From Methanomethylovorans sp. (GTDB taxonomy: Archaea; Halobacteriota; Methanosarcinia; Methanosarcinales; Methanosarcinaceae): a stretch of DNA of 64,000 nt. The notes under the pieces were generated by a model. The model was not told the DNA's origin. It saw only the letters and a list, made by a program, of their open reading frames with translations, and searched no databases. Positions 56,677-64,000 of the stretch are shown piece after piece. Both the position numbers and the translations under genes were made by a program. The stretch is taken from the NCBI RefSeq assembly GCF_036802725.1, contig NZ_DAIRVT010000002.1; one strand, 5' to 3'. The first letter of the stretch is position 1. Each line of letters starts with the position of its first letter.

Positions 56677-58228
56677 GGAAGTCCTTTTCCATTGATGAAA
56701 GGAACCATCCTGCCTTTGGGCCAGATTGCTGTCCCAGCACGGCCAGATAGATGGCTTTGAACATCTCAGTTGTTTTTACTTCCAGTTCATCAGTACCAAT
56801 CCCCATTATACGGGCAATCCTGGCATTAAGAGAAGAACTCTTATCCTGGGAGGAATAGACAAGGTTGTGGTAATCTTCCCCACTCAATTCCTTTGCAGCA
56901 TCTATCTCCTCGGATAATGCCTGGAGGAAAGCTCTTTGGGTAGCGTTCAAGGTTGCAGCCTGTACAGGGATCTCTTCCTTGACGCTGAACTTTACCATGT
57001 CAGGAGCATACATGTCAAGCCACTTTCCGACGTTCTCTGCAAGTTCCAGGATACATTTCTCATTTTTCGTGCTGTATCCCGATCTCTCCACTATCTTCAT
57101 CACTCTGTCAAGATTACCGTGAGCTACCTGGTAAATAGTGATCATGTGCCTGAAAGGGATATCTGTGTGGCAGATACCTGCTGCATGTGATAGTTCTTTC
57201 AGTCGTTTGTTATAGCCGGACCCTTCTGCGTTAGCACTCAGCTTTTCATATTCTTCTACCAGGTTGAGCAGGGGCAGGGAAGGATCAAAGCGAATGTGCT
57301 TCTCAGGTTTTGTTCTTATGATCAAGTATCTCAATATTTCGGGTGGGAGGACTTCCAGCATATCGGATATTGCCACTACCACTCCGCTTGAGGAAGACAT
57401 TGCGCCTTTTGTACCCAGCATGATCCATTCATATACCACCGGATATGGTGCTTTGTATCCATATATTTCCTCACTTATGGCTTTGCCTGTATCGTAGGAC
57501 CCACCTTTGGAAGCATGGTCCTTCCCGAAAGGCTCAACTGTAACTCCCAGCACACCCCAGCGGGCAGGCCAGTCCACCCGCCATGTAAGTTTCCCTCCTC
57601 CTGTCATTGATACGGTTCCGCAGTCTCCGCAGGAGCAAGCATAATTAACTGTCTCTGCTTCAATATCAAATCCAGTGACTTTAGTGGTCGTAAGCCGGCC
57701 ACATTTGCTACAGATCGGATTAAATGGACTCCAGTCATCTGTGACCTCTTTTCCGGAGTGTTCCTGCAGGATACGTGCTATTTTGTCTCTGTTGAGGAGA
57801 GCTGTTTTGATGCTTTCCACATACATTCCCTGTTTATACATCTCATCAGCCCTATATATTTTAGGATGAATACCTAAGCGATCCAGGGCTTTGTAGAACG
57901 GTTTGAGAAAATGTTCAGCATAACTGGTACATTCACCACATGGGCAGGGAATTTCTGAAATAGGCTTTCCCACATGAGGTGCAAAGCTTTCGTCCAGGAA
58001 AGGATATACTTTCCTCAGAGGATCGTAAGTGTCTGCAACATAGATAATTTCTGCAGCTGCTCCCTGATCCAGCAGAGCACGGTAAGTTGCGTCTGCCGTG
58101 ACCACTTCTCTCATGTTCCCGATGTGGATGTGTCCTGAGGGAGTGATGCCAGTTGCCACAAGGTGTTTTTTTCCGCTTTCAAGGATCTCCTCTGCCATGA
58201 CATCTGCCCAATGCGTTATCTCTGCCAT
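56636..58228 (-). CDS. lysK: lysine--tRNA ligase, class I
   Basis: 530 aa. [12 protein letters not shown] (HIGH-type motif), typical of archaeal class I LysRS. Confidence 0.9.
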   Translation of the reverse strand: MAEITHWADVMAEEILESGKKHLVATGITPSGHIHIGNMREVVTADATYRALLDQGAAAEIIYVADTYDPLRKVYPFLDESFAPHVGKPISEIPCPCGECTSYAEHFLKPFYKALDRLGIHPKIYRADEMYKQGMYVESIKTALLNRDKIARILQEHSGKEVTDDWSPFNPICSKCGRLTTTKVTGFDIEAETVNYACSCGDCGTVSMTGGGKLTWRVDWPARWGVLGVTVEPFGKDHASKGGSYDTGKAISEEIYGYKAPYPVVYEWIMLGTKGAMSSSSGVVVAISDMLEVLPPEILRYLIIRTKPEKHIRFDPSLPLLNLVEEYEKLSANAEGSGYNKRLKELSHAAGICHTDIPFRHMITIYQVAHGNLDRVMKIVERSGYSTKNEKCILELAENVGKWLDMYAPDMVKFSVKEEIPVQAATLNATQRAFLQALSEEIDAAKELSGEDYHNLVYSSQDKSSSLNARIARIMGIGTDELEVKTTEMFKAIYLAVLGQQSGPKAGWFLSSMEKDFLAKRFSEAASYRP

Positions 58229-58487
58229 ATTAGTTCACCAAATTCATAATAATGATGCATTATGAAATTATATACTATTATTTTAGAGCTGTGGTGTGAA
58301 GGTATGTCTGGAAGGTGCAAGATTCTCCTTCTGCACTAAGTGATCGCACATATCCCGGGATGTAAGCTTCAAAGCCTGTCCTGTAATGCCCCTTCTCCCG
58401 GAGCCATCTGAATACTATGGTCCTTTTTGTCTCACATAAGAAAAAATGTTCGCACAAGTACGAATCGAAAGAGTTAATTAGTAGTAT

Positions 58488-58760
58488 ATGCTCTTTTCTT
58501 CAATGACTCGTATCACGCCTATAGGAGAAAGGAACAGTCTTTCAGTTATGAGGGATATATTCATGCTGTATAGGATGCGGGATCCAGCAGGTGATGAACT
58601 TGCCTCTCTTATTGAAATGCTGGGCACCCATGGTTCCATTGCATCTGCTCCGGTTCTTTATGATGAAGGGGATCACCCGGAAGACGATGAAATAGACACA
58701 AATGCTACCCAAGCTGTGCTTGTATTCACTGGTGAACTCCAAAGTTCAGAAGCTCAGTGA
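58488..58760 (+). CDS. doubtful acidic hypothetical ORF (90 aa)
   Basis: ORF only, with no recognisable motif. Convergently overlaps the TPD gene by 35 nt. Confidence 0.2.
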   Translation: MLFSSMTRITPIGERNSLSVMRDIFMLYRMRDPAGDELASLIEMLGTHGSIASAPVLYDEGDHPEDDEIDTNATQAVLVFTGELQSSEAQ

Positions 58761-59505
58761 CCTCTTTTTCGAATTCTTCAAAGAATAGATAGCATTTTAG
58801 TATATGTCCATTGCTTTCAAGCGTGTCTAGGAACCCATACCAATATACTACTAATCCACAGCCGGACATCTGTTCGTAATGGGAAAACTGTTTTTTCGTA
58901 TAGTGTTTGTGTTCCTGCTCATCCCCGAACATTGCCTTGCTCTCTATCCAGGATATTCTCATGTCATCTATTGTTATGGGTTCAGGCAGCAGGAAGTCTG
59001 GGGTCTTGGTCATATTCTGCTCTCTTAATTGTTCCTCGGTCAGGAAATCTATTTTATGGGCCTTTAGCCACCGGGAGATGATTTCCTCTCCAAGTCTGCC
59101 TTTTTCCAGCTGGAGATCGTGTGCACGTGGAGAAAAAAAATGATCTTTATCCAGAGCCTCTATGATCTCTTGGCTTAAACGTTTGTTTTTAAGTCTGGCC
59201 GGGGAATTAAAAGCCATTTTTTTAGGTATGTCCAGTTCTTTCAGTATGAGGGACGCCATCAACGTGGCAGGTATCTTTTTAGCTTTGGACATATCGAGTA
59301 TCGTTTTCCCTCTGTTCCATTGTTCCAGTTGTGCCGGTCCACTTCTTTTCAAATTACCAAAATTTGATTTTACCTTAGAAACTGTTTTTTGGGATAATAT
59401 CGTATACGCAATACCCGGGTGGATACCGAACGTCTTGGCCACGGGTCCTATGTCCGTTATGTCCTCCAGCAATTCGTATATCTTTTCATACTTGCTCTTG
59501 TTCAT
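58726..59505 (-). CDS. TPD-motif (CDIN1/C15orf41-like) PD-(D/E)xK nuclease-fold protein with N-terminal HTHs
   Basis: KTPDFLLPEP...ISWIESKAMFGD gives a D...ExK arrangement with the eponymous TPD. The N-terminal half has two HTH-like segments. Overlaps the upstream glycosylase gene by 20 nt. Confidence 0.65.
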   Translation of the reverse strand: MNKSKYEKIYELLEDITDIGPVAKTFGIHPGIAYTILSQKTVSKVKSNFGNLKRSGPAQLEQWNRGKTILDMSKAKKIPATLMASLILKELDIPKKMAFNSPARLKNKRLSQEIIEALDKDHFFSPRAHDLQLEKGRLGEEIISRWLKAHKIDFLTEEQLREQNMTKTPDFLLPEPITIDDMRISWIESKAMFGDEQEHKHYTKKQFSHYEQMSGCGLVVYWYGFLDTLESNGHILKCYLFFEEFEKEVTELLNFGVHQ

Positions 59506-60154
59506 GCATTGTTCCTTTCCTGTGGCCCTTTATCAGTATACATTCCTCACAGCGTTTTTTTCCACAATATGATTTCCCATATTCAACGATAAGTGCGTGG
59601 TACTCTTTGAACATGTTGACATCCTGTGGGAGTGCACTTTCAAATAATTTCTGTAGCTTTCCATAATTGCCTTCCACGCCTATGCAGCTCATAATGCGTG
59701 TAGTATACGCATCTATAACAAATTTAGGTTTATCAGCAGCATATAGTAGGATGCTATCTGCAGTTTCATTACCAACGCCATTCATAGATAATAAAATTTT
59801 ACGCAAGTGGTCAATAGGAAGGTTGAACAGTTCGTGCATATCGTTCTCTATCAGGAACTGTGCTGCATTTCTCAGCCTGGTGGCTTTCTGTCGATAGAAT
59901 CCACAGCATCTTATCATTTCTTCCAGCTCGATGATGTCTGCTTTGGCAAGACCATATGGTTCAAGCAGTCCTGCCTGCCTGAGGTTGCCTATGGCCCTTT
60001 CTACGTTGGACCATTTTGTCTGCTGAGTCAGAAAAGCCCCTACTATTACCTCAAAGCGCGTTTCTGCAGGCCACCACTTCTGGGGTCCGAATTCTTCCAG
60101 AAGTATTCTATATATCTCTTTGAGTTCACTTTCTTCAATTTCTGAAGGTAACAG
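59486..60154 (-). CDS. HhH-GPD glycosylase (endonuclease III-related, WWP-motif family); start codon non-canonical or frameshifted
   Basis: The reading frame is open from 60178. ...LKEIYRILLEEFGPQKWWPAETRFEVIVGAFLTQQTKWSNVERAIGNL... lies upstream of the first ATG (59917). HhH is NGVGNETAD and the catalytic Asp sits in VIDAYTTRI. CTG 60154 follows GGAGATGAT with a 6-nt spacer. Confidence 0.7.
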   Translation of the reverse strand: MLPSEIEESELKEIYRILLEEFGPQKWWPAETRFEVIVGAFLTQQTKWSNVERAIGNLRQAGLLEPYGLAKADIIELEEMIRCCGFYRQKATRLRNAAQFLIENDMHELFNLPIDHLRKILLSMNGVGNETADSILLYAADKPKFVIDAYTTRIMSCIGVEGNYGKLQKLFESALPQDVNMFKEYHALIVEYGKSYCGKKRCEECILIKGHRKGTMHEQEQV

Positions 60155-60208
60155 AGAACGATCATCTCCAAAGTTCTTTCAGTTAGAAGTCTGTATCCAT
60201 CACTTTTT

Positions 60209-60574
60209 CTATTCTCGTTCTTTTTTGAACTTATCGTGTGTTTCTATAACAGTTGCATTCTTGTTTCTTACAGTTACCTTCTCAAAAGGTTCACTTGTCT
60301 GCATATCAGCTGCAATGTTTTTAGGATCATTTTCGGATTCTTTTTCAGGCATCTCTGGGATGCCTATATCCCTTCCTAATTTTATTTTCGTATTCTCTAT
60401 GTATGTATCTAGGATCACTCTTTCAGAATGGGTTTTTTTGTGGGAACTTCCGTATCCAATAATGCAATTAGCTTCTTTGGTGCGCCAATCCACATGATAG
60501 AGATGACATTGTTTTCCTTTGCAATTTGATGTTCCATCAAGTGGACACTTTGCAGGTATTCCCATAATGATCAC
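60209..60574 (-). CDS. hypothetical Cys-rich protein (121 aa)
   Basis: N-terminus CPLDGTSNCKGKQCHLYHVDWRTKEANC, followed by a charged tail. Ends 30 nt upstream of the start of the glycosylase's open frame (60178). Confidence 0.4.
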   Translation of the reverse strand: MIIMGIPAKCPLDGTSNCKGKQCHLYHVDWRTKEANCIIGYGSSHKKTHSERVILDTYIENTKIKLGRDIGIPEMPEKESENDPKNIAADMQTSEPFEKVTVRNKNATVIETHDKFKKERE

Positions 60575-60589
60575 AGATAATAATTGAGG

Positions 60590-61438
60590 TTAGAAATTCT
60601 TTATGGAACCAGCAATAAGGGGTGCAACGCTCACCGAGCTCTGCGCTTTTTCCAGTGTATCCGTAGCTATGATATCACGCACACCTGCATTAAAAAGACG
60701 CAACACCGCATTCTTTGCCAGTACTGGATGTACGCATGCAAGGTAAACGTCACTTGCTCCCTGGCTCTTGAGGAGTTTTATAGATTCCGCCATTGTACCG
60801 CCTGTAGCGATCATATCATCCACCAGGACAACATCCCTGCCACAGACATCCATATTCTTCGTTTTGATGGTCACGGTGTCCCCAGAAAGCCTTGTCTTTT
60901 CAAGATAATCGTACTGAATACCCACTCCATTTGCAGTATTCTCTGCCAGGCTCATAGCGCCTATATCAGGAGCTACGATCAATGGATCTTTCAGATGGAG
61001 GGAACTGATATATTTTCCAATGACATCTGAAGCATCCAGGTCAAAAGCATCGGAACTGAAATAATCCAATATACTTGGCTTGTGGATATTTACAGTAAAT
61101 ATTCTGTCTGCAGATATGCTTCGAGCTACAGCTCTTGCACTGATGGGCTCTCCAGATTTGAACTTCCTATCCTGGCGTGCATATCCCATATAGGGAATAA
61201 CCACATTTACTACCTGTGCATCTTCACAGGCATCTATCATAAGTAGCAGTGCCATGAGGTCGGAATCTGTCGCAGTGCTCTGTATGATGGTCACTTCGTC
61301 CATAGGCTCTTCCATTATACGGGTATATATCTCACCATCGGGAAAACGGTTGAACTCACAAAGAGTTGGTTCAATGTTCATCTCTCTTGCCACGCGGGTA
61401 GCAAGTGCCTGTGATGCTGGCCCTCCTATTATTTTCAA
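60590..61438 (-). CDS. prs: ribose-phosphate pyrophosphokinase
   Basis: MKIIGGPASQ, YMGYARQDR, and the PRPP-binding loop VVLVDDMIATGGT. Confidence 0.9.
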   Translation of the reverse strand: MKIIGGPASQALATRVAREMNIEPTLCEFNRFPDGEIYTRIMEEPMDEVTIIQSTATDSDLMALLLMIDACEDAQVVNVVIPYMGYARQDRKFKSGEPISARAVARSISADRIFTVNIHKPSILDYFSSDAFDLDASDVIGKYISSLHLKDPLIVAPDIGAMSLAENTANGVGIQYDYLEKTRLSGDTVTIKTKNMDVCGRDVVLVDDMIATGGTMAESIKLLKSQGASDVYLACVHPVLAKNAVLRLFNAGVRDIIATDTLEKAQSSVSVAPLIAGSIKNF

Positions 61439-61505
61439 TTTAAGTACCTCAAGAAATTGTTTACTTAATCTCGGATATGATTTTTCTACTCTACTATGTC
61501 TTATG

Positions 61506-62000
61506 TTAATTAGTTTTGGTTCCCTTTATCTTTTCAAGCACGCTTATGTTCTTTATGGAAGTGTTGGGATAATTACCAGTATCATCTTTTTCTGCGGATT
61601 TCACCATGTCCCACACTGTTAGAAGTGCGATAGAAACACCAGTGAGTGCTTCCATTTCTACTCCGGTTCTCCCAACGGACCGGACTTCTATAGTGGCAAC
61701 TATTGCTCCTTCTCGGAAGGAAAAATCTACATCGACACTTGTTATAGGTATCTGATGGCACATAGGTATCATTTCAGCAGTTCTTTTTACACCAAGTATA
61801 GCTGCTGTCCTGGCAGTTGCCAATACATTACCTTTTTCTATCGTGCCATTTTTAATTTTCTCTATAGTTCGGTCGGAGAGTAAGATCTCACCGACTGCTG
61901 TTGCACGTCTGTCAACAATATCTTTGCTACTGATATCCACCATTATGGCTCTGTCATCTTTCAGATGGCTTAATTTTTTCTCCAAGGGAACCACCATCAA
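61506..62000 (-). CDS. moaC: cyclic pyranopterin monophosphate synthase
   Basis: 164 aa. LSHLKDD..AIMVDIS, MIPMCH, TGVEMEALT. Confidence 0.9.
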   Translation of the reverse strand: MMVVPLEKKLSHLKDDRAIMVDISSKDIVDRRATAVGEILLSDRTIEKIKNGTIEKGNVLATARTAAILGVKRTAEMIPMCHQIPITSVDVDFSFREGAIVATIEVRSVGRTGVEMEALTGVSIALLTVWDMVKSAEKDDTGNYPNTSIKNISVLEKIKGTKTN

Positions 62001-62001
62001 T

Positions 62002-62187
62002 TCAGTCTATGCGCAGGTTTTGCCTTTGCCGATAGTCCTCAATTGTATTCTCTAACTTTTTTATAAGATCTTTAGCTTCATCAACTGTCAACTTGAGTAT
62101 TTCCTCGTCTTCTACGTGGGTAATAATTATTCTGACATTTTTTCTCTCAATATCAACGCTGATCTTCCTATTCTCATCTTTTGTCAT
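62002..62187 (-). CDS. small acidic hypothetical protein (61 aa)
   Basis: ORF packed between nnr (4-nt gap) and moaC (1-nt gap). No recognisable motif. Confidence 0.4.
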   Translation of the reverse strand: MTKDENRKISVDIERKNVRIIITHVEDEEILKLTVDEAKDLIKKLENTIEDYRQRQNLRID

Positions 62188-62191
62188 AAAT

Positions 62192-63664
62192 TCACTCCCT
62201 CATCACATCAGTTATCCTTTCGATTATATCGGTAGCTAGTAACCCATATCCTTTCTCTTTGAATGCAAGGTCTCCTGCAGCTCCATTAATGTAAGCTGCA
62301 CAGGCGGCAGCTTTCAATGGTGAGTTGGCGGCTAAAAGTGCACCTGTGATACCCGCAAGCACATCTCCTGTACCACCTACGCTCATTCCTGCATTACCGG
62401 TCCGATTAAGCATGACTTTCTTTCCATCGGAAATAATATCCACTTTTCCTTTGAGAAGAGTAACTACATTTTTTTCTTTAGAAAATGTCATTACTTCTTC
62501 TATCCTCTTGTTCATGTCCACCGAAGTTTCAACTTTCCTTATCCTTGAAAACTCTCTGGCATGGGGTGTGATGACTATTTCAGAAGCACTGCCTTTAACC
62601 TCCTCGACGGCAGGTAATGCATCTGCGTCAAGCACTAGTTTTTTGCCCAAAGGGACTATTCTGCGTGCAGTTTTTTCCACTCCATCCTCATTCCCAAGCC
62701 CCATGCCCATAACAATTACATCGTGCTGGCAAGCAAGTTTTGTGATCAGGGGCAGATCATCACTGCACAATCTTTGACCTGATAGGCAACGTACAATAAG
62801 GTCAGGAGAGAAAGATGCAATGGTGCTGGCTACATTGGATGGGGCTGCCACTGTTACGGTATCAGCTCCCGTTCTGAGCGCCGCGAGGGCCGCCAGGGCC
62901 GGAGCTCCCGAATAAGCCCCCCCTCCTATTATGAGTATTCTGCCAGCTTGCCCCTTATGGGAATCAGGAGTCCTTATATTCAGGTTTCTCAGGTTCCCTA
63001 TACCTATAACTCTTTCAGCATGGGAACAAACACCTATGCCTTCTACCTTTACTTCGCCGGTGTAATGGGATACCGGGAGTCTGTTCAATTCTTCTTTCAT
63101 TTTATGGAAAGTAACTGTCAGATCCGCTTTGACACATTTTGGCACTTCGCTCTTTGTGTCCATTGTTCCTGAAGGCACGTCAACCGATATCACATATTTT
63201 CCGGACGAATTTATAAGTTCTATTGCCGAAGCTTCTGGTTCTTTAATATCACCTTTCACACCAGTTCCAAGTATTCCATCAACTATGATATCGGCATTAT
63301 TGATCGATCCGGATAGTTTCTCATCTCCAGGATCGGTTATTTCGTTTATACTGTTGATGTTACAATGTCTAAGCAGCAGAAAATTTTTCTTTGCTTCTTC
63401 AGTGCGTATTGAGGCAGCATTTCCTAAAAGTATGACATCGACCTGGAACTGTGGGAACTGGCAAAGGTGGCGTGCGGCCACAAAGGCATCTCCTCCGTTG
63501 TTCCCTCTGCCTGCAATCAGCAATATTTTTCCTCCGGAGAAACGGCTACTTATCTCTTTTGATATTGAAGAACCTGCGTTTTCCATGAGCTGGATGGGCA
63601 AAAGGCCAAGCTGAGCGCAATTTGCATCAATAGCTTTCATTTCTTCCCAGGTAATAGAATCCAT
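62192..63664 (-). CDS. nnr: bifunctional NAD(P)H-hydrate epimerase / ADP-dependent dehydratase
   Basis: YjeF_N part (LLIAGRGNNGGDAFVAARHL) plus a carbohydrate-kinase-like C-terminal part (GGTGDVLAG). Confidence 0.85.
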   Translation of the reverse strand: MDSITWEEMKAIDANCAQLGLLPIQLMENAGSSISKEISSRFSGGKILLIAGRGNNGGDAFVAARHLCQFPQFQVDVILLGNAASIRTEEAKKNFLLLRHCNINSINEITDPGDEKLSGSINNADIIVDGILGTGVKGDIKEPEASAIELINSSGKYVISVDVPSGTMDTKSEVPKCVKADLTVTFHKMKEELNRLPVSHYTGEVKVEGIGVCSHAERVIGIGNLRNLNIRTPDSHKGQAGRILIIGGGAYSGAPALAALAALRTGADTVTVAAPSNVASTIASFSPDLIVRCLSGQRLCSDDLPLITKLACQHDVIVMGMGLGNEDGVEKTARRIVPLGKKLVLDADALPAVEEVKGSASEIVITPHAREFSRIRKVETSVDMNKRIEEVMTFSKEKNVVTLLKGKVDIISDGKKVMLNRTGNAGMSVGGTGDVLAGITGALLAANSPLKAAACAAYINGAAGDLAFKEKGYGLLATDIIERITDVMRE

Positions 63665-63740
63665 AGTTATCTTTTAATCCATTGTTTTACATTCTATTTA
63701 TTCATTGATATTTCCCGAATCCAGTAATTGACCGAAGATA

Positions 63741-64000
63741 ATGGTTTTACTGGATGAAGATTATGGAGGTCGTTCTATTAACGCCAGCACCAAAGAGATG
63801 AATGCCATGGACAAGTCTAAGATAAAACCCCTTTATCTGGTCCTAGGCAGCGGTAGTTTAGGTTTCGCTCTTGTAAAAGAGCTCAAGGAACGTGATAAAG
63901 AAATATTTGTTGTAGATAAAGATCCTCAAAAGGTTGAAACATTAAGGGAAGAAGCTTATGATGCCATTGTAGGTGACATCAGCGACCCGGAGGTTTTGGA
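63741..64000 (+). CDS. TrkA-N (NAD-binding) domain K+ transport/regulatory protein, 5' partial (runs off the window)
   Basis: LVLGSGSLGFALVKELKERDKEIFVVDKD Rossmann motif. Candidate starts are ATG 63741, 63798 and 63807. Confidence 0.7.
   Translation, partial: MVLLDEDYGGRSINASTKEMNAMDKSKIKPLYLVLGSGSLGFALVKELKERDKEIFVVDKDPQKVETLREEAYDAIVGDISDPEVL

Noticed and set aside
58290-58435. A relatively GC-richer patch with the palindrome ATCCCGGGAT, between the divergent lysK and the doubtful 90-aa ORF. Considered as a possible ncRNA or leader.
   Set aside because: I could not fold a convincing extended structure by eye. There are no C/D or H/ACA box pairs and no tRNA-like arms. It may simply be promoter/5'-UTR sequence. 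Needs RNA-seq or covariance analysis.
1-64000. Searched for CRISPR arrays, tRNA/rRNA genes, transposases/integrases, and in-frame TAG (pyrrolysine) read-through candidates
   Set aside because: I saw no direct-repeat/spacer arrays, no GTTCGAATC-type T-arms or cloverleaf candidates in intergenic regions, and no IS-like ORFs. No adjacent same-frame ORF pairs are separated by TAG in methyltransferase-like genes. The only strong periodicity is the coding TPR array.

Overview
The window is a gene-dense chromosomal segment with about 75 CDS on both strands. I found no rRNA, tRNA, CRISPR array, transposase or integrase by eye. It comes from a methanogenic euryarchaeon, most consistent with Methanosarcinales. 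Supporting evidence: methanogenesis marker proteins plus MCR component A2, class I LysRS, PurP, PGF-CTERM proteins, a corrinoid-protein-like ORF, strong GGAGGTGA-like Shine-Dalgarno motifs, and roughly 40% GC by eye. Most genes are housekeeping: asd, pyrH, leuB/leuD, purP, purH, truA, gpmI, fen, map, hisF, prs, moaC, nnr, lysK, eIF5A, speB, pcm and aor.

The stand-out is a tightly packed minus-strand operon at 33649-40983: atwA-mmp3-mmp6-mmp5-mmp15-mmp17-mmp7, followed by a coupled AhpD-like CxxC gene. This is the methyl-coenzyme M reductase activation machinery. Several of its members (Mmp5, Mmp6, Mmp15, the AhpD-like protein) have no assigned biochemical role.

Secondary points of interest:
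- A glycosylase / TPD (CDIN1-like) nuclease / Cys-rich three-gene module.
- Two conserved genes whose N-termini extend upstream of any ATG/GTG/TTG, each with an SD motif followed by an in-frame CTG.
- A fused tandem U32 protein coupled to a DNPH1-like gene.
- A PUA / PP-loop / ferredoxin fusion divergent from a THUMP tRNA methyltransferase.
- A His-less corrinoid-like protein.
- A 58-aa ferredoxin missing from the ORF track.
- An SD-sequestering hairpin in front of an odd split-domain ORF.

All family assignments rest on motif reading and memory of family sequences. No searches were run.
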